Of a stretch of DNA of 64,000 bases, positions 50,848 to 63,510 are shown one piece after another. The DNA lies in contig CM059432.1 of the NCBI GenBank assembly GCA_030390025.1, positions 105,278,001-105,342,000 on the forward strand. Direction: 5' to 3'. The position numbers and the translations under genes are program-made. The stretch is from Squalus acanthias (taxonomy: Eukaryota). The notes below the pieces were generated by a model, which worked only from the letters and a program-made list of their open reading frames with translations, was not told the origin of the DNA and did not search any database. Within the stretch, counting starts at the first letter, position 1. The number at the start of each line of letters is the position of its first letter.

Positions 50848-52711
50848 AAGTTGCTAGTGTGACGGATAGAGGAGCTATCAAAATTGAATCCTTAGAAGTC
50901 AATGGAGAACTGGTGCCAACTAGAATTAAGGCTCTTCAGACAGATTGAGTAGCTGCACCGAAGTGCAAAAAGGATGGGCTGTATTACATGAGCTGCTGTC
51001 TCATAATTAACAGCATGTTCCCATTGACTGGAGAAAGGCTCACATGGGTAAAAATTTAATCAGAAATTTTGAAGCAGCCCTTTCAGGTAGAGTAAAAGGG
51101 GCTGCAACCTTTGGCACCTTGCAAAATTCAACTCCTGCACAGTCATCTCCCAGGACATCCCTGAATGGACTGTGGAATTTCATGGTCAGTCCATCCAGTC
51201 CTGGAGTTTCATCTCGGGATAATTGGCGGAGGGTGCCAAAGCCTCAAGTGGTCAGCCATCCCACAGGATGACCTTTGGCAGGTCCTCCCACAAAAGTCGG
51301 AGGGTGTCTGCTGGTTAGAGCAGAGGAGAAATGGCCTTCATAATAGGCACAGGCCCTGCCGTTAATTCCATCTGAATCATAAGAAGTAAACTATATGTAG
51401 AATGTTGGGGGGGGGGAGAGGAAAAGAGAAAGGAGAAGTGTGTCTGTCACTTTGGTTTCCTGCAACTTATTTGGTCATGGGAGGGTGGGGGCCAGAGGGA
51501 AAGTGAATAGGGTGTTTAGCTAGCACATTTCAACAAAAAAGAGAGAAATACAATACTTACCTGTACAAGGCCTCAGTATGGCTGAATCTAATACTGTATC
51601 CAGTTTTGGTTCCCGTGCATGGGGAAGGATAGAAGCCCAATAGAAGGCCACTAAAATGTTTTAGTCCCAGGACTCAGGATAGGCTCAGGGGACAGTTCCC
51701 AGCAATCAGGAGGGAGAGATCAGGCCTCGGGATTAGGGCTTGTGGCTGGGGGGGGGGGGGGGGGGGGAAAGAGAAAGAAAAGAAAAGAACACGGCAAAGG
51801 GGAGGCCGAGATCAAGACCAGAAGTGCCCGGCAACGAGGGAGAAATGAGGGGGGTGGCGGGGTAAAGACGGTTGCCGATCACGGCAGCGTGGATAGTGAT
51901 GGGCAGAAGGGAGGCTGATGGCTTCCTTGATGGGCTGGAGGTGCGGGGGAAAGCACTCCTGCTCCTCAAGGAGTGCTATAAAAAGCACTTACCCACTTGA
52001 GCCAGCAGCTCTCGCCGCCATGTCGCTGCCGATTTCACCGAGCCCTGGGAAACCTCACTGTGGGAGCCGATTTAAATATGAAGTGAAGTGTCCTGCCTCT
52101 ACAAGACAGGACACACATCCCACGCTACACAACGGGTTGGGGCCGCTTTCTGATTTTTAATCCCCTCCACCCCCGTCGTGGGAGAGTTAATAATCGACAC
52201 CAAGGGCTGGATTTTCATAGGGCCGTTGAGGCGGGATTGGAGGCGTGTGGGGGGTTAAAATTGCAGAAACTGGCGGGTGGGCCCAAACCCGCCTCCACGC
52301 AATTTTGATGAAATTGTGTCTACTGGCCCCGTCTCCACCCCACCTCCAAGAGGCGGGAGAGAACGTTAATGCCCTTAACAAGCCCTAAATTGGCTCTGTA
52401 ATGTCATTTTGATAGTTATTTGCTAGTTTAGCCCTTTTCCCACGTGAAGCACGCCTGATCTGAAACACGCCGGTGAAAGCACAAGTGGATTGCTGACTCT
52501 CAGCTGCAGCTCAACCATTAAATAGGAGATTTGATCAGCCATCATTTGCAGGTGGCAGGACTTTGTTGTCACAGGTCTGGGGGAAGTTTTAGAAGGCATA
52601 ACCACAGCTCTGGAAGTTTGAGCCTGACACCCATCTCCAGTGTGACCTCCTGGGAAACCCCTCTCACCACCCTCATTGAGCGCTTCCTCAACTGAGGCAT
52701 ATACCAGAAGC

Positions 52712-53690
52712 ATGGGAGCCATTTATTTCCTTCCCTTCTGGGCATCAGATGAGGATGAACACCAGCCGCGGCACCAGCAGAACCATGAACAGCAGGAGCG
52801 CCAAGCTGCTGCTCACCCGCCTGAAGCTGCACAGGCCAGAAGGGGCCAGCGCATGGAAGGCCGTCGGCGCAGGAGATCCCCCCCCCAAACAGGGTCTACA
52901 GACACAGGGTCAGCTACCTCAACATGTCTGAGCAGCAGTGCCAAAGGTGGCTCCGACTTTCGCGAGAGGTAGTGGGTGACATCTGCGTAATGCTGCAACA
53001 AGACCTGGAGCCCAGAGGACCAGGTGGACACCCCTTACCAGTGGCCGTCAAAGTCACCACCGCACTCAACTTTTTTGCCTCAGGCTCATTCTAGGGATCA
53101 GCAGCAGACATCAGCGGCATCACCCAGGCGGCCGCACACACCTGCATCACGCAGGTAACCGATGCCCTCTTTGCCATCGCGCACAATCACATCCATTTCA
53201 CCAAGGATCGAGCAAGTGTCACGGCGCATGCGGTTGGATTAGCTGATCTGGCAGGCTTTCCAAGGGTGCAGGGCGTCGTTGACTGCACACGTGGCCCTTA
53301 AGGCACCCCATCGCAATCCAGGTATTTTTGTCAACCGCAACGGCTTCCACTCCCTCAACATTCAGCTGGTGTGTGACCACAAGGAAGTTAGTTTTACATG
53401 TTTGTGCCAGATGCCTGGATAGATCAGGTCGAGCCCTGCAATACTCAGCAGCCAGGGTCTCCAGAATCGTTGTGGTTTGCTGTGCACTTCATAACATGGC
53501 ACAGCGTCGTGGCTTGCAGATGCCGGAGGACCAAGTGGCTCCTCACATATCCTCCTCAGATGAGGAGGAGGAGGAGGGAACGAACATCTTGCAGAGTCCC
53601 ATCAACCAGCGGCAGCATTACGCGAGACCACAGCTGCCCGGAATGCAAGGAACGCACTCATCTTGGCCAGATTTGCTTAGCCTAGAGAAT
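52712..53690 (+). pseudogene. Harbinger (HARBI1-like) DDE transposase, disrupted
   Basis: [53 protein letters not shown]; contains a stop, frameshifts and an internal deletion. Confidence 0.9.
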
Positions 53691-54243
53691 CAAGCATTTT
53701 TGCCTCGCAGCTTCTTACCAGAGCTTCAACAATGGCCAAGAACCAGCGGATCCCTAACAATTTGACCACCATACTGACAATTGCAAGTTATCCCAAGGCC
53801 TCATTGTAGAAGTCCCATTAGCAAAATGACAGACGCCACAACTGCAGCAGTAGCCATCAGAGTTTTTATTTACACTTAACATCTGATGGGTGAAATTTGA
53901 TGTTTAATGTAAAAAAGCCAAGTGACTACCCTTGTGACTATTTGTGCAGTATCTTTCTCTTACGTGTGCTCCTACGTGGTGCTTCCCCTGTGGGCTTCAG
54001 CAGAGGTGGAGGCCCCCTGCTCAGTTTGTTGCTGCTCCTGCCTCGGCACCTTTGGCGGGCATCCTCTGGGGTTGCGAACCTGTGAGGGCTCGCCAACAGT
54101 CTGCTGCTCCTGCGGCTGTGCAGGGGTTGAGACGCCGATCTCAGTTGGGTGCGGACTCTGGTGGGGCTCTGACCGAGGACTTGTCAGTGGCATGGAAGTG
54201 TGAGCGCTTGGAGGAGCCCCCACCTCCTTGTTCTCTGCCACCA

Positions 54244-55001
54244 TCATTCCTCATGGGTCAGGTTCACCTCAGCGCTTGCAAGTGGATTGAGAGCACCTTG
54301 CTGCACATCAGGGGGGCCACGGCGACCCGTATCTGCACTGAAAGTCCTACTCAGAAGGACTTCCATGAAGGTCTGGTTTCTGTGTTCAATAGATGACCCG
54401 CGCTCCTCCAGAGATGTCATTCTATTCTGAACACTCACCATGTTTTCTGCACTCTGGCGACTTATCTCCTCCATGGCTGCAGCCATCCTCTCGTCTACTG
54501 TAGCCATCCTTTCCACGGAGGTTGCCATCCTTTCCGTGGTGATGCGGTCATGCGCCAATGACTCCACAAAGGCTCTGCTCATGTTCGCAATGGACTCCTC
54601 CATTTGCTCCACACTCGCAGCGACGCTGGAGACAGAACCTGCCAGAGACTCCTGCATCTGTTCCTGGAGTTCCAGCACCGCTGATCTTGTGGATGGACCC
54701 GTAGGCAGAGGGTCGACATGCAGCTGAGCCGAACTGGCAGAGTCCTGCGCCCTCCGACTAGGACTCTCCACTGCTGTCCCTGTCTCCACCATCTGCTGAT
54801 GCTCACTTGTGAGCTCTGATACACCAGGTGACAACACTACTCTATGTCCCGAAGGTCCCACCGAGGTGTGAGTCTCTGCGCTGGTGCTGGGTGCACTGAA
54901 TTCTGCTGACGCTGCGCCCTCAGAGGTTGCAGCTTCTTCTGAGGAGTCTGGATGCTCAGGCTCTTCCTCCTGGCTAGTGGGGACAGGTGCTTGCGATGGT
55001 C
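54244..55001 (-). CDS. Harbinger Myb/SANT protein, exon 3 (acidic/coiled-coil; C-terminus probably frameshifted, remnant to about 53945)
   Basis: Acceptor cccccacag|GA, phase 1 matching exon 2; open through ORF 54244-54861. Confidence 0.7.
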
Positions 55002-55150
55002 CTGTGGGGGAGTTAAGGAAAGAGTCAGAGATGCGATGCCAAGGTTACATACACATTGCAGATGATCATAAATCCATCTGTTAGAGCTTCAGATTAATTA
55101 TCAGCGACTCATGCAATGTCAATGAGAGAGATGGAACACTATTCTGTCAC

Positions 55151-55310
55151 CAGCTTGCTGTGATGCACCCGTCTGTCCGTCCCCCACTTGCGTATCGTCC
55201 TCCACTCCCACGATCTCCAGGACTGCATCCTCCCAGGGGGTGAGCTGGGCTAATGAAGGTGGCCCTCCTCCTGTGCTGGCTCTTTCCCTTTTATTGTGAG
55301 CTCTCTTTTC
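55151..55310 (-). CDS. Harbinger Myb/SANT protein, exon 2
   Basis: Acceptor ttgcag|GAA; EKRAHNKRERASTGGGP (TGGG motif typical of this family); donor G|gtgaca; 160 nt. Confidence 0.8.
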
Positions 55311-55649
55311 CTGCAATGAGGGAGACAAGTGGAGTTTCAGTGAGATTGAAGGAGTGAGTGGAGAGAATCCATAGCATAAATGCTTAGAAGGAGACAAAGA
55401 TGGAGTGAGGTGGCAAGACCAAGGGCCCTCCCTGTGTGTTGTAAGTTGTTTTCATAGCATGACAGTGATAGGAGAGTGTGAGGGCTGCATAGTCGAATAG
55501 TAAGGTGAATGTGACCATAGAGGAGAGGGAATGGGTAAGGGTGCATGGATCTCAGGTCAAGTGGGATATGGAGGAAGAGGTTGCTAAAGCTGAGTGGTGA
55601 GGAGAGGCAATGGGGATCAGATTGAGGGTGAAGGGAAAGTCACACTCAC

Positions 55650-55889
55650 TTTTGCAGTGTGTAGAAGGTCATGAAACCTCTTCCTGCACTGGAGCCAGGT
55701 TCTGCGGGTGATGGACAAAGAGTTGACCTCCGGGGCGACCTGGACCCACAGCGCCTTGGTCTGCTGGGGAGGCTTCTTCCTCCCTGAGGAAGGGAAGAGC
55801 ACCTCTTTGTTGGCTCTTGCTCCCTCCACTAAAGCTTGCAGGGCAACGTTATCGAACCTGGGAGCAGACCTGGGTCTTTGGCTGGCCAT
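55650..55889 (-). CDS. Harbinger Myb/SANT-like (trihelix) DNA-binding protein, exon 1
   Basis: MASQRPRSAPRF..LFP..W..VA..VN..RTWLQCRKRFHDL; 80 codons; donor AAA|gtgagt. Confidence 0.85.
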
Positions 55890-57095
55890 TCCTCCTGCAG
55901 TTGCCTCTAAGATACAAGTCCAAAAGGTTGGCAGTCTGCAGAAGAAGCAAGGCTTGTTGCAGACCTTACATACAGCAGCAATGATGACGTCATCGGAGGT
56001 GACTTTCAGACTGGAATAACTCATTGGCCATGGGTTCCCACACGTTGGAACTCAATTGGCCAATTAAGTTAAAATCGCATCATTCTCCCACATCGATCTA
56101 GATTCGGGTGGGCAACACGAAAAGCGGATAACACGACCCCAACCCGCCCCAGTATCAAAATCCAGCCCCAAGTCTCTCCAGCTTGTGATCTCAAAAATAT
56201 GCACTTTGCCCAGTGGGAATTACTTCCACCTTCAGCCACCACTGCAAATGGAGCTTTGAAACTTTAACCCATGAAAAATAAGTTTCAAATTTACAAGCAC
56301 CAGCAAGTGAAAACACAGTAAACCATGAAAAATGAATTACAAGGTCACACGATAACCAAGTTAAAAAATACATTGCACCTTGATTATTTCCTTGGACTCC
56401 CAACCCAGGGATTCGTACAAATTCATATCCCAGCCTCGAGAACATCCCAATCCTTAGCAGGGCCACCAGATCAAGCACTGGAGACAAGTCACGTCAAGGC
56501 ACCTACAAATCCTGCAGTTGCAGGCAGTCTCTCCTCCCCCTCCACACCCCAAAACCCCACCAGCTTAAGTGCTGCATAGCTCTGATTTACCTTTTCAATT
56601 ATGCCAAGTTGCTAATGCATACTTATCAATTGCCCAGGGACTAACTTCCACAGTACAGTGAGCAGTTATGCAAAGTCCAGGTGCAATTTATACGGTACAA
56701 TGATCAACAATTCAGGAAGCAGATGAACAACTTAATGCCGTGCACTGATCACCTGGTCAGTGGCAAGGGGAGTGAATGAATCGGAGCATCTTGTACTTTA
56801 TGCCCAGGAGGCATGGAGTTGCAAGAGATCACAAAAAGTGAGCAAGATCCAGAGACATTTCAAACAAGAGATTCTGTAGAAACCATAAAAACTAGGATTG
56901 AGCAAATTTTCCATTCAGATCTCAGCAAAAGGCCTGGTCTGAATGCAATTGAGATCCCCTGCTGTGTGTGTTATGGAACAACACACACCAGAAGTACACC
57001 AGATGTATCAGTTTGTATGTTCCTGGCTCGTGCACGAGCCAAATTTCCATGGACACAAGCCTTCTAAGCATTGTAGTTGCTCACCTGAAGTAGAA

Positions 57096-58453
57096 CAGTG
57101 GCGGGCATCCAGCCCGTCAATGGATTCAATCTGGCCTGCCAAGGCCTGGCTTCGAGGCTGAACGTCCGCCACGCCTGACCCCTACCCACTTAACATCAGG
57201 AAGCCAGTCATTGTCTCCAAGGCAGCAGGGGAATCATAACCAAAAACAGAGGTGGGCAAATCGAATCTCCCGTTTGCAGAAACAATGTGTCACAATCACA
57301 CCCAAAACCTCAGTTTCTGCTCAATCACTGCAAAGTCAAAGGTCAGTTACTCACGGTTTGCGGGTTCAGTTTTAATAAATCTGTGCAAACGCTCCAGATA
57401 AATGCACGATAACAAATTTAATATATAAAATACCATTGGCAGCAGGACTCTGAATTGACAGTCGAATCGATTGGAAGATTGTTAACTTAGAACTTTAAAA
57501 ACTAGCAAGTTTTTAGTCTCAACTCGTCTCTGAAGGAATTTTTGCGACTAATTAGTCATGGGCTTGATTTCATTCCAGTGAGTTATAAAATGCTGTTTTT
57601 GTTTATTGGTGTAATTGGGTGAAAGGTGTTGAATTCCACGGGGTGCCGCCAGTCTCCCGGCGTAACTCTGGCGCAGACCCAGTTAGGTCGGGTCCCTGCC
57701 GTTTCTGGGAGTTTCCTCAGTGAAGAGCGGGGGAGCTTCTAGCCCAGTGATGGGCAAAATACGGCCCACGGCCCAGTTCATTCTCTCCGGCTCGCTGGAC
57801 GGGACAGAAATAGAACGCGAGCAGGAGCTCAAGCTGCACATTAGTCTGAGTCGAGTCGTGGCTGCTCATCTCGATGACTCTTTTACCGAAGAAAGAGACC
57901 GGCGCTGCGTCTTTCCTCTCCTGATACCCAGAGTACGATGGCAGGGGGGTTCTCAGCGCCGTCTCAGGCCTTGCGAAGCCTCGGGCTCCCGTACTCGGCA
58001 CACTAAAGAGAAAACCTCTCGCATTGGAGGCCCCGCAGACTCGAGCTGCTCTGCCAAACAGCCACGTAGACTTTCAGTACAACATCTAATCCATCGAACA
58101 ATCATTTCATTCATTTAGTAATGGAGGTTTTACTATTTTACACTACACTTTGTGTATTTAAGTTACTATCTGAATTTATGTTTATAAATTATTGGGAGGT
58201 TAGAAGTGTAAGTGATGATCAACACGGAGTTGGCCTGTTTCCAATTTACCCATTTAACACTTTGCTCTCACCAACGTGCGCTGTCCCTTTAAATTTGCTG
58301 CCCGGTATCTCTTCCAGCGGCAGGAGCTGGTGAGCGGCACCTCGCGATTGGTGCGTGACCGTACGGCTACACACCTTAGGGGGAAACATTGGTGTGTGGC
58401 CCTCAACAAAACTTGTTAAATGGCCCTCCAGCCCAAATAATTGCCCACCCCTG
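57096..58453. mobile_element. hAT (Charlie-like) non-autonomous element, probably composite
   Basis: TIRs CAGTGGCGGGCA / TGCCCACCCCTG; 8-bp flanks AAGTAGAA / ACCTAGAA. Confidence 0.65.
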
Positions 58454-60895
58454 ACCTAGAAGGTAGGAGGTCCAAAGAGCAGTTGGTGTAGGGAGCTCAG
58501 TGATGATGTGGAACTTCTATTATCCACCTCCGCAAAAAGATCTTCCCCAGTCCCAGTGGATATTGTAAACTAGCAGATAAGTGACAGTCTCCAAATAGCA
58601 CATATGGTACAGAAATATCAAAATAATAGCAATAAATTGTGCACCTATAGAAGGATGCTGAAAGTTATTAAGCAATTCCCAGCACTTAGGGAATTTGAAA
58701 TTGCAGATACAACAAACATAAATCACAGCTCAACTTTCATACTGTTGATCCTGAAACTTAGAACTAAATTGCAACTACTTTACATTCATCAAATATTTTA
58801 GGAGTTGATTTTCATGTGTTAGCAAACTGATCAATCGAGTTAAGCTACTTCTCCTGCACTTCCTTCACTGCAAGAGGAACAGAGTTAGCATTTCTAGGCA
58901 GGGCTGCCTCCAAAATCCTGAGACAACATTGCTTACTTATGCTGTCAGTTATTCTTGGTACCACATCTACAAGATTTATATTCTATACAAGAATTGAGGA
59001 AGAGGGAATGGTTATTAGCCTTTTGTGGTAACACAATACAGCTTCCTGTGACTCGAACTTTATTACATCACTTCCTGTGATTAGTCCAGGATAAATACTG
59101 GGCTGATCAGTTGGATCCTGGAGAGGCATAGAGTAAGACCTCTTTTGTATGTAGCACCTTTTTAGTTGATTAAAGCTTACTTTAAGTTCACCACGCGGAA
59201 GGCTCATTCTTACGACACCTTTCACTTCAATATAGATTAACCCCACCTATCTGTTCTCATAATATCCCTTTTTGTTAGGCTTTCAAATCAGTGGAAGGTT
59301 GTATCCCATCTTGCTATCACTGCAGTATGTTAACAATATTTTGTAATTGTTTAACTTTTTTAAAAAAAAAAGCAATGCTGCTCGGTTCAGAATTAATTTT
59401 GATGTCAGAGGCTCAGAGTGCATGGGCAGAAGCGCCAGTAGTACTCCAAGTTCCTGGACTTAATCTTACCCTCTACCTGCACAGGTCCATAGTCTGAGAA
59501 AGAAGGGGAGTGGGAAGACACTGGAAGAGAGAAAAAAGAGAAAACAAAGACTAAAGTAGTGCCCCCTCCCATCATCTCCTCTAGCTTGGAGGAGCTCCCA
59601 GACTACTCGCTAAATTGCTACTAATGGCATTGTTATACATATTGCAAAAATCACCCAATGGAAGCAGTTCTGCAGTGCAGCAAGGATGCCAGTTCTCTAA
59701 TTCACCCCATTTACACTGCAGAGTTGATTCAGGAGTACTGGTGACAATTGTACAAATAAAATATACAGGAGAAACCAAAATTATGACAGCCAGCAGACAG
59801 TTACAAATGCCTCTGGGAAACCCATTTTCCTCAAAGAGTCTCAAATGCCTCCAGACACACTAGCACTTCATTTAGATTGCTGTGCTGCTTCTGGAACGAA
59901 CATTAATGCAAATGTGGTATAAAAGATATTCAAGAGCAGCGTAGGTGAACTAGCCCTAAATCGTTCCTTCTTTTCCCTCCTCTTGATTTGCCAATGGTAT
60001 TACAGTTTGATCCAGCATGCACATGTTCCAAATCAATTTAGGAACTAGTTTCTGGACACACTTGTATGAATTGTACACTATTGCCAGATCACCTGGCTTC
60101 TCTTCAGCACCTCCACACAACCGATTTCAGAACTCAACACGTGGAGAAATAAAGATGCAAATCCTACAGCAGGAGACATGGGGAGTTCCAATACACTGCA
60201 CCCATGTTACCCTTTCAACAAGGGCCACGCTACCTCTCTGCCAATAAAAAAAACTCAACAATATGAACGGAGGAGAAAAACTCAAAAGCACTCAAGCATA
60301 GCTCATTTACAACAGAACCACAAAACTATATTGCTACCAATAACTTCTAGGCTCTCATGAAAATCCACATAGAAAGAATGAAAACTTTAATTTTATTATG
60401 CCACATGCATTACAGATGAATATTTCCTTATTAACAAAGTAAATATTGTTAATCTTTATACATGAAAGTCCATTGTACCAACAGGGAGGAGAGGGAGGGA
60501 GAAAAAGTATATTTTTAAAATGTTCAACTTGAAGCTTAATTTAGCACCAAGAAGTAATATAGATAGAAACTTAATGGACAATATAGCTAATTATAAATCA
60601 GTAACCTGTAGGGCTGTATATCTTTTATCCTTTAACTTTTGGGATGACTTCTAAGCATCTCAAGTAGAGACACAAAGACTCATGGAGACACTAATGGGGA
60701 GAGAAGGGACAGCGCTGCTTCTCCCCCAAAAAATTGGTCACATCAGCGCATTGTAATTGTATGTCTTTGCAGTTATTGAGAATGGAACTTGAATCCAGTT
60801 TTTTTTTTGATGGCAACCAAACTGAAATCTCCTGGTTTACAAACAGCAACTGGGAACAAATGTGTTTATTTTGATGGGAGGTATTTCAGTTCAGT

Positions 60896-61561
60896 CTCAT
60901 TTACACAGCGTGCCCCTCCCTCCTGTCCATGTCATTTACACAGCGTGCCCCTCCCTCCTGTCCATGTCATTTACACAGCGTGCCCCTCCCTCCTGTCCAT
61001 GTCATTTACACAGCGTGCCCCGCCTCCCTCCTGTCCATGTCATTTACACAGCGTGCCCCTCCCCCCTCCTGTCCATGTCATTTACACAGCGTGCCCCTCC
61101 CTCCTCCTGTCCATGTCATTTACACAGCGTGCCCCTCCCTCCTGTCCATGTCATTTACACAGCGTGCCCCTCCCTCCTGTCCATGTCATTTACACAGCGT
61201 GCCCCTCCTGTCCATGTCATTTACACAGCGTGCCCCTCCTGTCCATGTCATTTACACAGCGTGCCCCTCCCTCCTGTCCATGTCATTTACACAGCGTGCC
61301 CCTCCTGTCCATGTCATTTACACAGCGTGCCCCTCCTGTCCATGTCATTTACACAGCGTGCCCCTCCTGTCCATGTCATTTACACAGCGTGCCCCTCCTG
61401 TCCATGTCATTTACACAGCGTGCCCCTCCTCCCTCCTGTCCATGTCATTTACACAGCGTGCCCCTCCCTCCTGTCCATGTCATTTACACAGCGTGCCCCT
61501 CCTCCCTCCGGTCCATGTCATTTACACAGCGTGCCCCTCCCTCCTCCTGTCCATGTCATTA
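60896..61561. repeat. Minisatellite, about 19 units of 31-39 bp (mode 35)
   Basis: Unit CATTTACACAGCGTGCCCCTC(CCTC)CTGTCCATGT; length varies only in the C/T tract. Confidence 0.97.
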
Positions 61562-61964
61562 TGCCCTCTGCTCTTCGGACTCTGGTGTCTTTTGCATGGC
61601 TTTCAAACTGTCAATCATCTTGGCTTCATACATTGGAATGCGCTGCCTAAACTCCTCTAACTTTCAACAACTTGCATTTACATAGCATTTTTAGAAAAAA
61701 ATCAGGTCTTTACAAAAAAGTAACCAGCAAAAGGAGATTTTATAAGGGGTGACTAAAAACTTAGACAAAGAGGTTTAGGGAGGAATGTTCAGAGCTTAGG
61801 GCCTAGAATATGAGGAGAACAAGATTGAGACATTGGAGGACCAGGAGCCAATGTAGGGGAGCAGGATTTTTGGATCAGCTGAAGTTTACGGAGTGTGGAG
61901 GATGGGAAGCCAACAAGGAGAGCATTGGAATAGTCTATTCCGAGGTGACAAAAGCATGAATGAC

Positions 61965-62458
61965 TTCTCTACCCATCTCAGAAAGGATATATTGGCCTTG
62001 GGAGGAGTACAGTGCAGATTCACCAGAATGTTACCAGGACACCAAGGGTTAAATTCAGAGGCAAGATTACATAAACTCGGTTTGTATTCCCTAGAATAGA
62101 GGAGGATTAAGGGGCGATTTCATGGGTCTTTTTTAGGAATTGACAGAGAGAAACTTTCCACTGGTGGGGGAGTCTAGGACAAGGGGACATATCAGAGCCA
62201 GGCTATTTGAGAGAAGTTAGGAAACACTTCTTCAGCCAAAAGCACATTAGAAGTTTGGAACCCTCTCCCACAAATAGTAGATGCTAGCTCAATTACTAAT
62301 TTTAAAATCAGAGATTGATAGATTTTTGCTAGACACTGGTATTAAGGGATCTGGAGCCAAAGCAGTTGCATGGAGTTAGGATACAGATCAGCCATGATCT
62401 CATCAAATGGCAGAACAGGCTCAAGGGGCTGAATGGCCTACTGCTGTTCCTATGTTCC
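61965..62458 (+). mobile_element. CR1 3' fragment (preceded by an L2 remnant at about 61660-61960)
   Basis: LRKDILALGGVQCRFTRMLPG; 3' UTR GATCAGCCATGATCT..GGCCTACT. Confidence 0.8.
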
Positions 62459-62799
62459 ACCTTTAAAAAGAATTCTCAAAACTTGTCTTGAGTCACATCT
62501 TCCCCTACCACTGCTCAGTGCCCTTTGGACTTTCAATGCAAGCTGCCATTGTACTAAGCCCCACTTGAACCAGAAGTAAAAGTCTACCCTACCAAAAGTT
62601 CACTGCTCCAGAGCCAAGAACAATTCAGTCAGAGCACCCCAAATTGTTAGCTCTGGAGTACATATAGTTTTTCCACAATAACCAATCATATTGCTATGTC
62701 AGCCAATTGATAAGCAATTACTAAAAAGTAGTCACAAATTCATGCCCAGCTTCCAACTACAGACACAAAAGAGTCCAAACTAAAAAAAACTGAGGGTGA

Positions 62800-63510
62800 A
62801 GTTAGAGTTATGAGGCAGATTAGGAAACTTGGCATTCAGCACGCCCAATTATGATGGAACTGCAAACAGCAAAGCAAATAGAATGCTGAACTACAGTCAA
62901 AATAGTTTCTCTCTATCCATCAATTCCTAAAAAAGACCCATGAAATCGCCCCTCAATATGCCAGGGAATACAAACCGAGTTTATGTAATCTCACCTCCTA
63001 ATTTAACCCTTGGCGCACTGGTAACATTCTGTACAGTGCCTTGGTCAAACCACACCTAGTGTACTGCATGCAACTCTGGATAGTGAGACAGGAGATCAAG
63101 CCCTGGGTACAGTGCAGAAAGGAGCTACAAAACTGATCCCTGGTGTCAAACTGAGTAATTAGGAAATACTGGAGGAACGTGGACTTTTCAGCAATGAAAG
63201 GTGGCGACCGTAGAGACATACAAGAAAGCAAACAAACATTGTAGAAAAAGGCAAGTCTGAAACACTACATCAAATTAAAGCATAACCATAGAATAAAAGG
63301 GACACAAGTTGAAACTAGTAAAAAGAAAATTTAGAACTGATGTCAAGAGTCCTTTACAGAAAGCAATTAACACTTGAAAGATTCGTGGGTAGATCATTGA
63401 GGCAAAATTTTAATAAAGTTAGATGCTACGATGGGAATCTGTAGCTTCTGTTTGAATTGGAGAACCAAGATGGGTTGAATGGCCTTCCTCATTCGTATCT
63501 ACTTGCGATC
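62800..63510 (+). mobile_element. Old CR1 fragment containing an inverted 130-bp insert
   Basis: YSALVKPHLVYCMQLW-like coding remnant and a degraded 3' UTR. Confidence 0.6.

Larger units (their letters stand above)
52204..56168. mobile_element. PIF/Harbinger DNA transposon (defective autonomous-type, two convergent genes)
   Basis: 12-bp TIR GGGCTGGATTTT / AAAATCCAGCCC, 3-bp TSD CAA/CAA; transposase on plus strand and Myb/SANT gene on minus strand. Confidence 0.93.

Noticed and set aside
52712..53765. Host HARBI1 gene
   Set aside because: It lies within TIRs and a TSD and has a stop, frameshifts and a catalytic deletion, so it is a transposon copy.
60896..61561. CRISPR-like array, or the 243-298 aa Cys/His/Pro-rich ORFs
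   Set aside because: There are no unique spacers, only C/T slippage, and no cas genes. The ORFs are open in all three frames simply because the repeat unit lacks stops.
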